This document shows positions 63,396 to 64,000 of a stretch of 64,000 nucleotides of DNA, piece by piece. The position numbers were made by a program, and so were the translations under genes. Numbering within the stretch: the first letter of the stretch is position 1; the number at the start of each line of letters is the position of its first letter. The stretch is from Thermoplasmata archaeon (GTDB taxonomy: Archaea > Thermoplasmatota > E2 > JACPAO01 > JAHFTW01): positions 11,872-75,871 of the forward strand of contig JAHFTW010000009.1 in the NCBI GenBank assembly GCA_023269235.1, given 5' to 3'. The notes under the pieces are model-generated. The model saw nothing but the letters and a program-made list of their open reading frames with translations, was not told where the DNA came from and did no database searches.

Positions 63396-64000
63396 CAGGC
63401 TTGCGGTGGCCCGAACAGGGAGAAGCCCACGCTCTCGGTGCTGCCGGTGGCGACCGGCGTGGTGGGGCGCGGCAGCCGTCCTTCCCGCACGTCGGAGAGG
63501 CGGTACACGGTGGGGGCGAGGTCCGAAAGCCGCTCCAGCATGCCGCCTACGTGGCCGTCCCCCACGACCGCGACGCCGTGCCGGGCCCCAGAGAGGCCGG
63601 CGCGGATGCGGGCCGCCATGCGCTCGTCGCGCTCGGCGATGAGGACGCGGTGGAGGGTCGGGAACTTGGCCCGCAGCTCGCCGAGGACGGCGGGGGGGTC
63701 GTCCTGGTAGCGGGCCAGCTCCTGCTCGACCTCGCCCTTCGCGTCGCGGCCTGGGACCAGCGCCTTGAGGCCGCCGCCGATGGCCATGCCGAGGCCGCGC
63801 AGCTTCTCGCGCCAGGTCAGCTCCTTGAGGGCGCGTTGGAGCATGCCGTCGGCCGCGTCGTCCACGAGGGCGACGCGGGCGTTCAGGGCACGCGCGCCGT
63901 CGAGGGCACCGAGCATCTCGAGGCCGACGCCGGCCCCGTAGGACGACGCCATCTCCTCCTGGAACGCGGCGAGGCGCTTGTGGACGAAGCCCTCGGGCGC
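63395..64000 (-). CDS. TraB/GumN-family protein, 5'-truncated by the window end
   Basis: LIAERDERMAARI and GVAVVGDGHVGGM resemble the TraB family. The frame stays open to position 64000. Confidence 0.6.
   Translation of the reverse strand, partial: APEGFVHKRLAAFQEEMASSYGAGVGLEMLGALDGARALNARVALVDDAADGMLQRALKELTWREKLRGLGMAIGGGLKALVPGRDAKGEVEQELARYQDDPPAVLGELRAKFPTLHRVLIAERDERMAARIRAGLSGARHGVAVVGDGHVGGMLERLSDLAPTVYRLSDVREGRLPRPTTPVATGSTESVGFSLFGPPQA

Noticed and set aside
60852-63710. 952-aa plus-strand ORF; similarly 59894-61252, 57636-59250 (the upstream 536 codons of the minus-strand ORF 56674-59250, which overlap the PLD-like gene out of frame; only the rhomboid part 56674-57642 is called) and 733-2400
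   Set aside because: They lie antisense to, or out of frame with, well-supported genes (M28 peptidases, PLD-like, pyrC) and have Gly/Ala/Arg/Asp low-complexity translations.

Overview
This is a very GC-rich archaeal chromosomal segment; third codon positions are almost all G/C. The archaeal assignment rests on informational genes I recognise from the translations: RadA, family-B DNA polymerase, FtsZ, Spt5 and SecE, ribosomal proteins L15e and S3Ae, prefoldin beta, archaeal-type AspRS and TrmI. I call about 70 protein genes and one tRNA-Arg(CCU). Most of the long ORFs in the six-frame track are antisense artefacts of the GC content and are not called. The gene content suggests an aerobic organism that scavenges peptides and amino acids. 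It has a heme-copper oxidase locus (CoxI, CoxIII and a small membrane protein, divergent from a CoxII fused to a blue-copper domain), three APC permeases and four M28 aminopeptidase lipoproteins. It also has two BNR/sialidase-like lipoproteins and eleven proteins with an (L/S)-(A/G)-G-C lipobox. I saw no transposase, integrase, CRISPR array, cas gene or recognisable defence or toxin-antitoxin gene. The most unusual structures are listed here.
(1) Four tandem lipoprotein paralogs sit at 50.5-54.8 kb. The 3' coding tail plus a multi-hairpin block is amplified head-to-tail as an 80-81 nt unit, four and a third units after paralog 3 and one and a third after paralog 4.
(2) A tandem pair of membrane-anchored Cys/Asp-rich, metallothionein-like proteins lies at 20.9-21.6 kb.
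(3) CoxII is fused to a type-1 copper domain.
(4) A secreted PLD-like enzyme with a C-terminal TM anchor overlaps the start of a rhomboid protease gene.
(5) RadA has Cys in place of the second invariant Walker-A Gly.
(6) A frameshifted copy of the last ~20 codons of aspS lies 169 bp downstream of the gene.
(7) A recurrent CTTAT(C/G)GG-like element lies ~28 nt upstream of many start codons (leaderless mRNAs), and polypyrimidine and stop-codon-spanning hairpin terminators recur.
All functional calls come from reading the translations for motifs. No database search was possible.
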